From Rhizaria sp. SCN 62-66 (taxonomy: Eukaryota), in NCBI GenBank assembly GCA_001724265.1, contig MEDY01000026.1, forward strand, positions 62,001-125,833: a DNA stretch of 63,833 nucleotides, given 5' to 3'. Of this stretch, positions 1 through 12,476 are shown piece after piece. The position numbers and the translations under genes were made by a program. The first letter of the stretch is position 1, and each line of letters opens with the position of its first letter. The notes beneath the pieces are model-generated. The model saw only the letters and a program-made list of their open reading frames with translations. It had not been told where the DNA came from and ran no database searches.

Positions 1-515
1 GTGATGTCGCGCTTCACGAGGTCACGGCCGGCCTTGGACCGCAGGCTCTGGACCGGGTTCACGGCCGTCACAACGCCCAGCACGTCGCACTTGGCCTCGG
101 CGGGAAGGGACGCAATCTGGCCAATCTTGGTGAACGAGCCGTAGTGCTCAGACTTGATATTGGCGTCGTCGGGGCAGTTCTGGATCACGGAACGCTCGTC
201 GAAGGTGAGCTCGTCTTCGTTGGTCATCTTGTTGCTGCCCTTGCGGCCGCCGGAGAAGGTGTAGACGGAGCCCGGGATGATATACTCAAAGAACTGATCG
301 ACGCCCTTGTTGAAAAAGGTCGCCTTGATGGAGCGGCCCGAGGCGTCGAGCAGCTCGCACGCGAAGAGCTTGCCCTCACCGCGCTGGTTCGTGTACGTGC
401 GGATATCCGTCTTGGACGTGACACGGACCTTGATCGTCCAGCGCGGAGCGTAAGGACTAATCTCGGAGATCAGCTGGATGTGGTCTTGTGCCGAAGGACC
501 GCCGTGGCCGTACAT
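1..515 (-). CDS. RPA1: Replication protein A large subunit (short form starting at OB-A); 3' part runs off window
   Basis: Absent from the ORF track. Manual translation from ATG 515: MYGHGGPSAQDHIQLISEISPYAPRWTIKVRVTSKTDIRTYTNQRGEGKLFACELLDASGRSIKATFFN...CDVLGVVTAV...GRDLVKRDI, matching RPA70 OB-A/OB-B (WTIKxRVTxKxxIRT..N.RGEGKLF). Open to the window edge. Confidence 0.93.
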   Translation of the reverse strand, partial: MYGHGGPSAQDHIQLISEISPYAPRWTIKVRVTSKTDIRTYTNQRGEGKLFACELLDASGRSIKATFFNKGVDQFFEYIIPGSVYTFSGGRKGSNKMTNEDELTFDERSVIQNCPDDANIKSEHYGSFTKIGQIASLPAEAKCDVLGVVTAVNPVQSLRSKAGRDLVKRDI

Positions 516-1005
516 CGAGCGTTGCTGTAGAGGCGCGGGCAAAGTAGGTTGACGGAAGACAGAGCGAAAGTTAAGTGGGCGGAAATGCCAGAGTTAGCGT
601 CTTGATAATGAGAAATCGAATAAAAATACAAAGACAAACTCCACTATATATGCGAAATATTAGCGCTATATATCATTTTGACGAATGGCTATGGCGGTGG
701 ATGATATGATGTGAGAGCCTCTTTTGGCGCCAATGATGGCGATTGGGTGGGCTGGGCGGGCTCCTTTTGGATTTGCTTGGCGGGCAGACAGCTGCCAGTC
801 CGAGTGACCGAGACTGACGCGTGCTAAGCGACAGCGCGTATCTCGGCTGTATCTCCGTCAGTGAACATTTCGACATTGTTTTCGTATACCCCACGCAGCG
901 TTAATTAGTATATCTAAATCTGGTGTCAAACACTACTATATACCCCTTCAAATCCACTCTGGCCTTTTCTTGTTCTCCGTGCACAGGGACTCTCCGCTCG
1001 CCCTC
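516..1005. promoter_or_regulatory. Divergent intergenic region / putative bidirectional promoter (RPA1 <- -> BUB3)
   Basis: Head-to-head start codons ~490 nt apart with AT-rich patches. No specific element identified. Confidence 0.45.
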
Positions 1006-2648
1006 ATGTCTAAGGCCAAGGCGGACGCCGCCCTCATCACAACTTGCCCCGCGCCGCCCCCCGACTCGGTCTCTGCGCTGAGCTTTGGCCGCGAGTCCGA
1101 CATGCTCGCCGCAGCCTCCTGGGACGGCGCTGTGCGCGTATACAACGGTGCCGCCACTGGCTGCGGCGAGCTGCTTTGGACCGGCGCCGACACCGACCCT
1201 CTGCTCGACTGCACGTTCGGCGTCACCGACGACACGCTCTTCGCCGCCGGCCTCTCAGGCTCTGTCCTCTGCTTCGACCCTTCACAACAGCAGTTGTCCT
1301 CCACCTCATCAGAATCCGCAACTGCATCTGTCGTGGGCAGCCACGACGGCCCCGTCTCGTCTCTCTGCTACGACCCGTTCGTCACGAACACGTTGCTCTC
1401 GGCCGGCTGGGACGGCGCCGTCAAGCAGTGGGACCTCCGCACTGCGTCCCCACTTGTCGCCACGGCCCGTCTTGGTGCAGTCGCAGTCGCCGCTGGCGGC
1501 GGCGTGACCAAGGCCCTCAGCATGGACGCCACAGGCCACAAGCTCGTCGTCGCCGGCACAAACCGCGTGATCGAAGTCTTCGATCTTCGGCGCATGGGGC
1601 GGTTTCTGCAGGCGCGCGAGTCGTCGCTGGCATCGCAAACGCGCCGTGTGCGCTGCAGTCCTGATGGCGAGCGGTTCGTGGTCGCTGGCATGGAAGGGCG
1701 CATTGCAGTCGAGATGATCGATCCGTCGCCTGAGGCACAGGTACGCATAATTGTCACGATTACGGCGTATATCACTTAACATCGCAACATGTGAAATGAA
1801 CTCTAACATTGATTTTAAATCTAAGGTTTTCAATCAACATTTTCATGTCATTCTGCGGTGGAGCAGCTTCATCCTAAGTCCTTCCCCTTTTGATCACTTT
1901 TTGTTTTTGTTTTTGACTCGTATCTATAGGCTCAGAAGTACGCCTTCAAGTGCGCCCAGCAGGCGTTGCCGGACGGCGCGCGCTTCATGTCCCCCATCCA
2001 CGCCCTTTCATTCCACCCCAAAACGCACGCCTTCGCCGCCGGCGCGCAGAATGGCGTTGTGTCGGTGTGGGATGCAGTCGTGAAGAAGCGCATCGCCGCG
2101 TTCCCGGCGCAAAGGTACGCGATACGCGCCATACTGTTAACATTTTTGTCCGCTATATCATACGCGTACATTGTGAGCATTCTTGCATATATTTTTTCTG
2201 CCACTGGACCCTGCTAATGCTATGCCAATGACTGCTGACTCACTCTTATTACTTGACTTGACTCCTGTTATTGTTGATGATGCTGCTGTTTTCCGCTGTA
2301 TATTTCATATTGCGATCAACGTCTGCGGTATGTTAAATCCTGCGACTGACTGCTGCATTCTTCAGTGCCGGCGTCAGTGCACTGGCCTTCTCCCGCTCCG
2401 GCGACCGCTTGGCAGTGGGCATCTCCTACAACTGGGAGTACGGCGCGCCCGCCACTGCCCTGGGACACAGCTCCGCCGCTGCAGGAGCTCAGACCGATCA
2501 CGATGGCGATATTGAGCTTGACACGGAGGCCGAGGCTGAGGAGGGCTGTGTGGCGGTGCCTGAGCTTGCCAAGGGCGTTGTCGCTGGGAAGCCCGCGGTG
2601 TTCATCCGCAAGATGACTGAGGCGCACGTCAAACTCACCGCTAAGTGA
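1006..2648 (+). CDS. BUB3: Mitotic checkpoint WD40 protein Bub3; exons 1006-1740, 1930-2114, 2366-2648
   Basis: WD40 repeats plus the Bub3 signature RESSLASQTR..MEGRIAVEMIDPSPEAQ|AQKYAFKC. Introns 1741-1929 and 2115-2365 (gtacgc..ag) preserve frame. Stop TGA. Confidence 0.9.
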
Positions 2649-3434
2649 ACATGACTGCGATACCTCAACGCGAGTCACTTTTACGGGCGCACTACCTGAG
2701 TCCGGGCGCTTATCTCCGTGTGATCTTATCGGCGGAGTGGCTATTATTGATATGCATATTCTCGTCATTTTATTGATGATAGCATCGTATTGGCATTTTT
2801 TAACAACGATCTAGATTTTCAAATAACATATTCCGTGTTTGTTCGTTTTCTACTTTGCTTTGTGGTTATATCGCTGTATATAGTTTTCCTCAAGCGTTTG
2901 ACCACATATCTTTGACAAAGGTATCTACCATATGAACGTCAGCTGTGCACATTTATATTACTATTTTCAGGCAGTGCAGCTTTTACACGCCTTGATATTT
3001 TAGAGTCAAACTGATAATGCATAGTTCTGTTGTTGAAATCTGTGCATCGATCATGCTTTATAGTCAAAACAAATCGTTGGGGCCATTTTCAAGCACTTTA
3101 CAAGCATACACGCAACCCATCTTCCATAAAGCCTAGGCACGGTAGACAATACCTACTGATATACTAGAAGTTACAATTATCATTTTATTTGACTAAACTT
3201 TTATATAGATATCGATGCAAATGCACGTGTTTGAGTGGGTCGTTCGAAGTTAAGCCGCCAGAGACCGTGAGCTCGGCCAGACTGCACACCGACCGACCGA
3301 CCGACTGGGCAAGGTGACGATTTGTGGGGGTCGTTTTGTGCTTTGTCTTTCGGTTGTTTAGCACCGCTAGCACTTTTTCTACCACTACCGCACTCTACCC
3401 TTCAGTCGGGTTTTTTCTTTTCACCTCAGTCACA

Positions 3435-4435
3435 ATGCTTGGCATGCGCTGCGCCGCGCCGCTGCGGGCGTCTGTTGGCTCTTCCTTCGGTGCTCTCTCG
3501 TCGCTCCTGACCACCTCCCGCGTCGCCCCTGCTGTCCCTGCCGCTTCCACGGTTGCTGCCGTGCCTGCGCGTACTTACCTGGGCCTTATTTCTGGCCCCA
3601 TGACGCTCGGCAACCTTGCCGACGTGCCCGGCGCCCGCAAGATCGCCAAGCGTCTCGGCCGTGGCCGCGCCTCTGGTCTGGGCAAGACTTCCGGCCGTGG
3701 TCAGAAGGGTCAGGGCGCTCGCTCGGGTCTCCGCTCGCTCACGCGTTACGAAGGTGGCCAAACCATGCTTTGGCGCCGCTCCCCGAAGCACGGCTTCAAG
3801 AACATCAACCGCAAGGAGCTGGACGTCGTCAACGTCGACAATCTTGTCAAGTTCATCTCTGCTGGCCGCATTGACGCCTCCAAGACCATCACGATGAAGC
3901 ACCTCGTCGACTCTGGCCTTGTCTCGTCCGTGCGCCACGGCATCAAGCTCTGCGGCCGCGACGCCTCTATGGTGGCCCGTCTGCCTGTCCCTATCAACAT
4001 CGAGGTCACCCACTCCACTGCCCTCGCCCGCGACGCCATCCAGGTACGTTAGCTTCACCGCGATATATCTCAACGTAGTCAGATTCCATGCGATAATGTA
4101 TTTTGTATTGAATTAACAGTTGCCCTAGTTCACGCTTATGTGCAACGTTGTATCTCTCGTCTCTTATCGTCTTCTCGACATGTCGCCGCTTTTTTTGCTT
4201 GTTCGTTTCATTCTCGCAGGAGATGGGCGGCTCTGTCAAGTTCGTCTACTACTCCCGTCTCGCCTTCCACGAGCTCCTCAACCCCGGCTCCCGTCTCTTC
4301 GTTCCCGGCCCGTCCGTCCCGCCCCCGAACAAGACGCTCCGCTATGAGCACCAGCTCTGCGGCAAGCGCGACGAGGAGAAGGCCCAGGAGCTCCGTCTCG
4401 CCCGCATCGTCCGCAAGATCCGTGTCCGCAAGTAA
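3435..4435 (+). CDS. MRPL15: Mitochondrial ribosomal protein uL15m; exons 3435-4043, 4220-4435
   Basis: KRLGRGRASGLGKTSGRGQKGQGAR..EGGQT..PKHGF uL15 motif and an Arg/Ser/Ala-rich, acid-free presequence. Intron gtacgt..cag 4044-4219. Stop TAA. Confidence 0.92.
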
Positions 4436-6025
4436 ACGCTCCCGCGTCGTCTCTAGTTGCGCCGAACGCGATCTTGTCGAGCGCGCGATGACACTGGTGC
4501 GCGCTCTGGCGTACGCGCATTGTTCGCAAGTGAAGCAAATCGACTGCAGCTGCACATGGTTTCATGTTCACATGTGTCGTCTCGACTCGCTCATCTGCAT
4601 GTGAGCTAGTTAGGTGCCATCAATGGCTGTAACTACGCACGGTAACTATTGTTGCCGGTTATAACCTTGCTGCCGTCTTGAGAGAGCAGAACAGTGACGA
4701 GTGATGCATTGAGCTGTTGGCTTACTTTGCTCGGTTCAGGGTTCGTTTCGGTTTGGTTCTTTTCTGTTTGCTGGGGTATTTAATGATGCCATCTACATTC
4801 GCAACAACTTCAACAGCACTCTTTTGCTCTTTGTACCTCACAATTGTGACTGTATGAATGCAGTGTTGTGCCATGATATATGCGGAGTGTAGGATGTTCA
4901 CGTTTATGGTTTTAGTCTTAACAATAGTATTATTAGGTTTTATATCAATGAAACAAGTCTTATATCGATATGGGGTGAGGAAACTCCACTGTTTACACAC
5001 AAAAAAATACAATCAAACATCATTTCAAGTGAGCAGAACCAGACTTTGAAACCCACAGAAAGGTCATTTGGGCTGCGTACATCTTGTTACTGGGAGCAGA
5101 TTTCCATCACACAGCAATATGTCACGGTGGAAACGCTGAGAGGAAGTCATGGCACAACTCGGTAATGATGTCTCTGAGTGCCGCGATCGATCAGCGACGG
5201 GGTCGTCGTCGCAGCGGTTTGATTTATTGTCATCAGGTTAGGCGTTTTGATAACACTGTACACTATACTAGTATTGAGGATCGTTACAAAATGAGTTTTA
5301 CGTTCAGTGCATAGTATTTTCATTTCGTGATCCTTACATGTGATCGTTTTATGTTCTTGCTCGAGCTCGAAACGGCACAAAATGTCGCAAAAAGAGCGAT
5401 CGCTGTAACTAACAAGTGCTGCGCGCGAATGACGCGTGTCGAAGTAGGATATCACACAGCGTGACGGTTAAAGTTACGATATTACATTAGATAGGAGGGT
5501 CAATGAAGTACTCATACATAGAACTCTGACTAGTACGAAAAGTGAAAACGGAGTATTCCTGAACGTTAACATGAGTTTCTTGCTGCTGATCGTCACCTGC
5601 TCTTTGAATCAGCTTACTTAAATTACATCATTACAAGCCAAATAGAGCTAATCACGACAAAACAACAGAGAAAACACGCGTCAGTGAAACACGACCGTCG
5701 ACACATCACTTCAACCAAACACAAGGACTCCAACTCATACCTGAGTTAAGAGAGCATTTGAGACTCCGTACATCTGCGGCCTGAAGTCTTGGAAGCTTGA
5801 GTGAGACACAGCTCAAAGGAGCATTACGCTGAGCGCAAAATTGCATCATCTGCCGTCTATATGTCGATAGCACAGTCATGTCGCTTTCTCATCACACGCT
5901 TAAATCAGCGAATACTCAAGACAAACATCCCTGTACGCTTACATACAAAACACACAAATCAAGCCACCAAAAAACGCTTCTGCTTCTGCAACCGTGACGC
6001 CATATCAGCGTTTGTGGCACACAGC

Positions 6026-8776
6026 TCACGCCTTCGGAAGCGGGAAGCGGCGGCCGAGCTCTTCAGCGAACGCAACCTGGATACTCGCAGCCACCGGTTC
6101 CTCCGACACGAGCGTGAGCGAGCCCTCGGGGAAGATATCCGACGGGTTGACCAAGTAGTCGTTGATGTTGAACGTGTACACAGTCGCCGCCTCGAGCGGG
6201 GAGCCATACAGAGACCACACCTTCGTCTCCCCGACAGTCGCAGTGGTCTCGGTGTCACTCTTGCTCTCCTCGCCGTCACCCATCGCAGCGCTCACAGTCA
6301 CCTTGTACAGCACGGTGGGGTCGTACGCCATCCACCCGCCGCGGCCACGGTACCGCTCCGTCGCCGTCTCCAGCGCGGCCGACACCGCCGCGCCGGTCGC
6401 ATTGACGCGCATGACTGTGCCGCCGAAGGGCAGCGTGCGCATGGCGTCGTACTGGCTCACTGTTGCCGCCGGAAGCAGCCCTTCGAGGCGCAGACAGCCG
6501 GCGTTGGCGAGTCCGAACTGGGCGGGCGGGAGATCGCTCACCGCCGCCGCGGAGGCAAGGGGGCGGAACGCGCGGCGGCGCGCGCGGGCGGCGGCGTGAC
6601 CGGCGGCGTCTGCGCGCGCGTCGGCCGCGAGCTGCGCCTCGGCCGCGCGCTGGATGCCCGTCGCGAGCACGGCGCCGACCTCGGACACGGTGAAACGCAC
6701 CGTGGTCTCGGTGACGTCGAGCGGGCGCGGGAGCTGAGCGACCTCGGCGCGAGGGTCGAAACCCTCCTGCTCGAGTGCCGCGAACGCCTTGTCGGTCCAG
6801 TCGTCGACGGCGGTCTGCACAGCCGCGTCGAGCGGGTACTTGTCGGTCACAAGTTCGTGTTCGCCCCACAGCGAGTACCCCGCGGCCTCGAGCTGCGCCG
6901 CCGTGGCCGCGGCGACGGTGCCGTACTCAGTGCCGACGCTGGCGCGAAGCACCTTGGGGTTGAGACTCAGCCGGTGCACGTAGACGGACTCGAGGTTCGA
7001 GTCGGCCTTAGCGACGTAGCGTGACCGCCCGTTGGCGACGGCGCTGGGGGCCGGGTACTGCATGCGGTCGTGGTCATGGCCGCCGACGATGAGGTCGATC
7101 TCGGGCACCTCCTCCAGCAGCCGCAGGTCGTCGCCGATGTCGATGTGAGAGAGCAGCAGCAGGATATCCCATGGTTGCTTCGCGTCGCGCCACGACTGGA
7201 TCTGCGCCTTGACCGCGGCAACGGTCGCTTCGCGGGCGTCGATGGTGACGTAGTCAGGCTGGTTGTCGTCGACGACGGGCGCGATAATGCCGATGCGAAT
7301 CCCGTTGGCGCGCTCAGTGATCACGGCCTTGGAGGTCTGCGGGAACGGCCGCGCCTCGTCGGTCGGGTACACATTCGTCGCCACGAACGGCACCGTGGAC
7401 TCGGCCATGCGGGTGTAAAACGTCTCGACACCAAAGTCAAACTCGTGGTTGCCCAGCGTGGCGTAGTCGACGCCGAGCTTGTTCACGGCGATATCCATCA
7501 TGTGCTTGCCGTTGAGCGGCTCCGTGTCCTCTGGCTGCAGACGGACCGAGTTAAGCGCCGTCGGGGACAGCACGTCACCGGCGAACAGAGTCAGAAAGCC
7601 GCTGCCGGGCCCCGTCACGGGCGCGGCGGCGGCGGCAGCGGAGCGCGGCTCGGCCAGAAGCGCGGCGCGGATGCTGGGCAGCCGCGCGGCGCCGCCGTAG
7701 CCGGCGATGGGGTTGAGCTCGTAGATGTCGTTGAAGGCGAGGATCGTCACGTCGGGCGCAGGGTACGTGCGCGGGGACGCCGGGAGCAAGGCTTCGGAGA
7801 TTATGAACGTGATCAGCGCGCACAACAGGAAGAAGATAAGCCCGCCGATGCCGAGGAACATGCGACCGCGTGTACACTCAGGCACATCGGCCGGATTTAC
7901 GCCCGCAGCGTCCGCGGCGCCGGCGTTGGCTCTGGAGGAAGACGCTGAGGAGGCGGCCACACTCGCGCTGAGCCCGGCAGCGTGCGCGTTGGCGTTGGCG
8001 GCACCGGTTCTATTGTAGTTAGCATGGGCCGAGGCGGGGGCCGCGCCGGCGGCGCCGGTGAGGGGCGAGGACTCGATCTGGAAGGACCGTGAGCGGCGGC
8101 CGACGCCGCGCTGGCTCTCGATGTCGTCCTCGTCCGCGCTGCCGTCCTCGAACGCGTCCTCGACGTACGCCGGAGACTGGGGCTTGGCGGCCGCAGCAGA
8201 GCCGACACCGCCACTGCGCGGGTGACTCGCGCTCGCGCTCGCACTTGCCGCGCTAGCACTCGCGGTGGCGGCGACACTCGCGCCAGCGCGGCTGGGAAGC
8301 GGGGAGAGCGTGTCCTGCTCAGCGATGGCAGCAGGGGCGACCGGGTTGCTGTTGCTGTCGCCCGCGAAGGCCGCGGCGCTGTCGAAAGCGGGGCCCGGGG
8401 TGCGTGCCGGGTGTGCGTGCGGCGTCGACGCGACCGCGAAGTCGTTGTCCGAGGCCAAGGCCGCGGCCGGGGCGAGCGGGGTCGTCTCGAGCACCTCAGC
8501 GTCGGCGTGCGGGGACGAGAGGTACGCGTCGGCGGCGACGGCGGCCGGGGTGACCGGGGCCGGGGAGGCCTCGCTGAGGCCCTGGCTCTGGTCACCTTTG
8601 TTGGAGCCAGAGGCTTTCTTGTTGTTGTTGCGGCGCGACTGTTTCAGTTGTTAATGCGCAAGACAGAGAGAAAATAGGATGAGAAGAAAAAATGTGAGTG
8701 GAGGGAACAAACACCAAGTAGTGATGCCTATTATGTCTTCGTTCATTGCATCGCAGTAAGATGGAGCACGTACCAT
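6026..8776 (-). CDS. 5'-nucleotidase/metallophosphoesterase (UshA/CD73 family) with an N-proximal TM helix; coding exons 8774-8776 (ATG only) and 6026-8638
   Basis: Motifs FNDIYE, AGDVLSP, LGNHEFDFG, LSH, GGHDH and C-domain N.G.LR..LPFG; TM segment FLGIGGLIFFLLCALITFII. ATG|gtacgt..cag|TCG intron 8639-8773 is in frame. Stop TGA. Confidence 0.88.
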
Positions 8777-9718
8777 GAGAGGTTGGGTGGTCTCCTCGCA
8801 GACGGCGCTGCAGAGAGTGATAGGCAAAGCGTAGTACAATTCAGGCAACAAGATTAAAAATAAACGTGAACATATAAAAAGGCAATAGTAACGCGATCGC
8901 CTCAAAACGTCTCGGTGAAGCTCTATATGGGCTTGTGTGGAGGCAGTTGAACACATGCTCTCAACCCACGTGCGGGTTAGAGGAAAGCTTTAGAAGAGGA
9001 TACTCCTGTCATCTAAAGAATACCCACTTAAAATATTTGGCAAATGATCGCAATTGTCATTATATAGTACTATTTTGTCGCCGTTTGACGATCATATCTG
9101 CGTGTTTTCATCATTGTTGTACCGCTCCAGAGGTTCAATGGACGACGTCGCGCACAAGGCCCTGCTGTAATAAAACAACTTGAAGGGTAACGGGCCCACG
9201 AAGATATCAAGGGATATATCAACCTCAACGGTCGATTACAACAACAGTTTTCAAATATGACATCAAGTACGTGTCTTTATTCACTATAACTATATATCAT
9301 TTATATATGCTTTTGTTGTTAAGTATCAGCATCCGATTTGTATTTGAAGAAGATGTGTTGTGCTCGTTTGTTACGCACGCAAATTGGAGAGATTCTCGGC
9401 ACTAAAATTATATTTTCTCAGTCAATAGTAATTCAAAGAAAACTAGAGAACTAATAACATGTCAATTAAGTTATGAGCAAATTATCCTTGAGATGTCATG
9501 ACAAATGCAATGTATTAAGAGGTACAACAGCTCGTGTGATTTGAGCTGCAACTTGAAAGGCTCTATTCATATCATTATTAGCTGACCTACCTCGTTGTAA
9601 AACATAAAAATACACCCCAAAGCCATTAACAATTGAGTAAAATATCATGTATGAGGACGCTCAAAGAAACTTTGCGCATGCAAATTGCGGAAAGCGTTCA
9701 AACAGCCGTGAGTCATAT

Positions 9719-11497
9719 TCACTTGCTGGGAGCGGCAGCCTCACTGTGGCCCTTTTTGGGAGCGACAGCCTTGTTGGTTAATGCGGCAGCCACGCTCATG
9801 TCGTAGAGGCGACGGAACTCCGCCTTCATCTCACTTCGGAGGTCGTCGATCTGGGCGTCGAACTTGTCAATCCTGGTGTCCAGCTTGTTGTTGATAGAGT
9901 CCAGCTTGTTGCCAAGCGAGTCAATCTTGTCCGCATTGTTGCACACAAGATCCACCTTGCTGCACAAGGAGCCAAGCGTGGTGTTCATCTTGTTGCTCAT
10001 CGAGTTCAACGTGCCGCATGCGGAGTCGAGCTTGTCCACTTTGTCGCACACCGAGTCCAGCTTGTCGCCAACTAAGTCCAACTTGAGGCTCAAGGCCTCC
10101 ACTTTGCTGGCGACCGAAGTGACAACGGTGTACAGCGAGGTCACAGCAGCCCCAAGGGCAACGAGAGCAACAACGGTGGCTGTCATGTGCTTTTTCAGAA
10201 CCGCATAGACGTCCTTGACTGCAGGCTCCTTGGGAGGAGGGGACACCGGCTTCGCGTTGGAGGCGTTGCCCTTGGCATCATCGTGAGCCGCAGCGGGGCT
10301 AGCTGCGAGGTCAGAGTGGGCGGCGCTGGCAGAAACGGCAGCGACGGCAAGCGTAGCGTCGTTGATGGCGGCTTTGAGAACCGGGTATTCGGTGGCTTTG
10401 GGGGCGGCCTGCACTTCAGGGGCCGCAGTAGCTTTACTCGCGGTCTTCTTGGCCGCAGGGTCCGGAGTAGCCTTGAAGGCTGCCGCGACGACAGTAGCCT
10501 TGACAACAGGGTCCGGGGTGACCTTGAAGGCTGCCACAACGACAGGAGCCGGAACAGTCTTGATAGTCGCCTTGACAGCAGGGTCCGGAGTAGCCTTGAA
10601 GGCGGCCGCGACAGCAGGAACCGGAGCAGTCTTAATAGTCGCCTCAATGACGGAGTCCGGGGTGGTCTTAAGGGTGGTCTCGACAGCGGCAGCTTTGACA
10701 GCAGCCGCGGTCGCGGAGTCCGGGACAGTCTTGCGCGTGGCTTTAACCACGGGGTCCGGAGTTGCCTTGAAGGCGGTCTTGGCCTCAGAGTCTGACGCGG
10801 CTTGGACAGCAGGCTTGACGACGGGGTCAGGTGTAGCCTTGAGGGCGGGCTTAACCTCGGAGCTTGTGGGAGGAGCAGTCTCAACGACGGGGGTCAGAGT
10901 CAACTTAAGGGCGGCCTTCTTGCCTTCGTGGTTCGGAGTAACCTTGATGGCGGTCTTGGGAGCGGCCTCAACCTCGGCAAGGACTGAGGTGGCACTGAAG
11001 GCAGGCTTGACCACGAGGTCAGGAGTACCCTTGACAGCGGGATTCGAAGGAGGAGCCTTCAGAGTGACTTTGGAGGCCTTAACGACGGTGTCCTTGACGG
11101 CGGCTTTGACTCCAGGGACCTGGACCACAGAATCAAAAGCAGCCTTGAAGCCAGTCGTCATCTCGGCGATTGAAGCAGTCTCAAAGGCGAATGCGGTCTT
11201 TGGAGCAGCCTTGGCTTCAGATTCTGGAGTGGCATTGAGGGCCTTGTCCGGAGTCGCCTTGAAGGCGGGCTTGACAACTGAGTCTGGCGTGGCTTTAAAA
11301 GCGGAGTTCGGGTCAGTGTTGAGCACGTCCAGCGCGGTCTTGACACTGCGTTTGCGAACAGGTTTAGCGGCTGAGGACATCTCCCGGACGACGAGAGCAG
11401 GTAAGCTTAACACAGCGCGATGCGGAGCGCTACGACTCGCGCCACGAACAGCCGCGCTCAAGCTACGGGCAGCAGCTGGAAACTTATTGTTAAACAT
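9719..11497 (-). CDS. Unknown Ala/Lys/Pro/Thr repeat protein with a mitochondrial-type presequence, TM helix and C-terminal coiled coil
   Basis: ATG 11497 MFNNKFPAAARSLSAAVRGASRS; repeated AFKATPDPVVK units; hydrophobic TVVALVALGAAVTSLYTVV; heptad-like LDSVCDKVDKLDS..LDTRIDKFD. Strong codon bias. Stop TGA. Confidence 0.75.
   Translation of the reverse strand: MFNNKFPAAARSLSAAVRGASRSAPHRAVLSLPALVVREMSSAAKPVRKRSVKTALDVLNTDPNSAFKATPDSVVKPAFKATPDKALNATPESEAKAAPKTAFAFETASIAEMTTGFKAAFDSVVQVPGVKAAVKDTVVKASKVTLKAPPSNPAVKGTPDLVVKPAFSATSVLAEVEAAPKTAIKVTPNHEGKKAALKLTLTPVVETAPPTSSEVKPALKATPDPVVKPAVQAASDSEAKTAFKATPDPVVKATRKTVPDSATAAAVKAAAVETTLKTTPDSVIEATIKTAPVPAVAAAFKATPDPAVKATIKTVPAPVVVAAFKVTPDPVVKATVVAAAFKATPDPAAKKTASKATAAPEVQAAPKATEYPVLKAAINDATLAVAAVSASAAHSDLAASPAAAHDDAKGNASNAKPVSPPPKEPAVKDVYAVLKKHMTATVVALVALGAAVTSLYTVVTSVASKVEALSLKLDLVGDKLDSVCDKVDKLDSACGTLNSMSNKMNTTLGSLCSKVDLVCNNADKIDSLGNKLDSINNKLDTRIDKFDAQIDDLRSEMKAEFRRLYDMSVAAALTNKAVAPKKGHSEAAAPSK
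10400..11320 (-). repeat. Degenerate coding tandem repeat encoding (A/T)(F/L)KATPD(P/S)(V/A)VK units
   Basis: Recurrent gggtccggagtagccttgaaggc-like units on the + strand. Confidence 0.8.
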
Positions 11498-12476
11498 GCT
11501 GGTTTGCGTGTCTGAAGAAGAGAGAATGAAGCGATCAGTAGACGAAGGAACGTGAGGCGACGGGTGCGTGAGTGAGACGGAACAGCAGCTTCGTGTTTGT
11601 GCTCCAAAGAGATTGTTCATAACATATTTTACAACTAATTTAAATGATGTAACAGATATCAATACATTAAAGTTCGGCAAACGCTCAACTGACTTCTTCG
11701 GTGATATTTGGAAGCAATAATGTGAAAACTCGGTTCACGGACTCGCGCGACCGATGCCAGTACACCCAGGAGCCTCTTGTGGGCATGTTGTGGTGCTACG
11801 GTGTAGACAAGGCTTTCGTCAAAAAATGATTTCAAAGTAAAACTAAATATTCAAATTAAAATGTAAAAAATGAAGCATTCGCTAATAAGATTTATTTACC
11901 TCAGACAGCCTGACGAGATACAAGAAGATATGACTATTTGTTCGATTCCTCGCCGAGCACCTGCAGGATACAGACCCGAAAGGTTCTCGTATACCTGTCA
12001 ATACATGTCAATGCGAGTATTCTGACATGTGCGCGTCTCTGTATGTTTGTACACGCTCTGGTGTGAGCCCAATATCGCTTGCTTGACCTTGCACACGGCT
12101 CACATATGGCTTCCATTTGCAGGAGCACATATTCGAGACATCACTATTATTGCGATAACAACAGTTTAACAAAGAGCTAAAGTAAAAATATAATCTCAAT
12201 CCTACAAAATACAGTGGGGGATGAACGATTTCAAACTTTTAGAGACAGGATCATTCATTATCTCTTTGTACTCTTGATGAATAGCACTTTTGCAGTGCTG
12301 CTTGCGCAAGCCAGGTGGCAGCTAGCCGTTGGTCGGGCACCATCAAATCGGGTTGCAGATTCCATTCGACGTAGAGTACAAAGTCCGTCATTTACGAATG
12401 TCATTTAAATATGGAAATGATACATTACCTTTTAACACCCTGCCCTATTTATACTTCTCTGCTGTATGTTCTTCAG

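Noticed and set aside
144-530. 128-aa + strand ORF
   Set aside because: Antisense shadow of RPA1.
5801-8677. Long + strand ORFs (407, 292, 151 aa) and similar antisense ORFs across the window, e.g. 10362-11555 and 55920-56837
   Set aside because: Shadows of GC-rich, codon-biased genes on the opposite strand, with no motifs.
10400-11320. CRISPR-like repeat array or mobile element
   Set aside because: Repeats are degenerate, in-frame protein-coding units in a eukaryotic gene, with no cas or transposase genes.
12296-12382. Possible further upstream exon of the 2000-aa gene containing another in-frame TAG (12323-12325)
   Set aside because: Plausible splice sites (ttgcag / gtccgt) but no start codon or homology support, so it was not counted as evidence.
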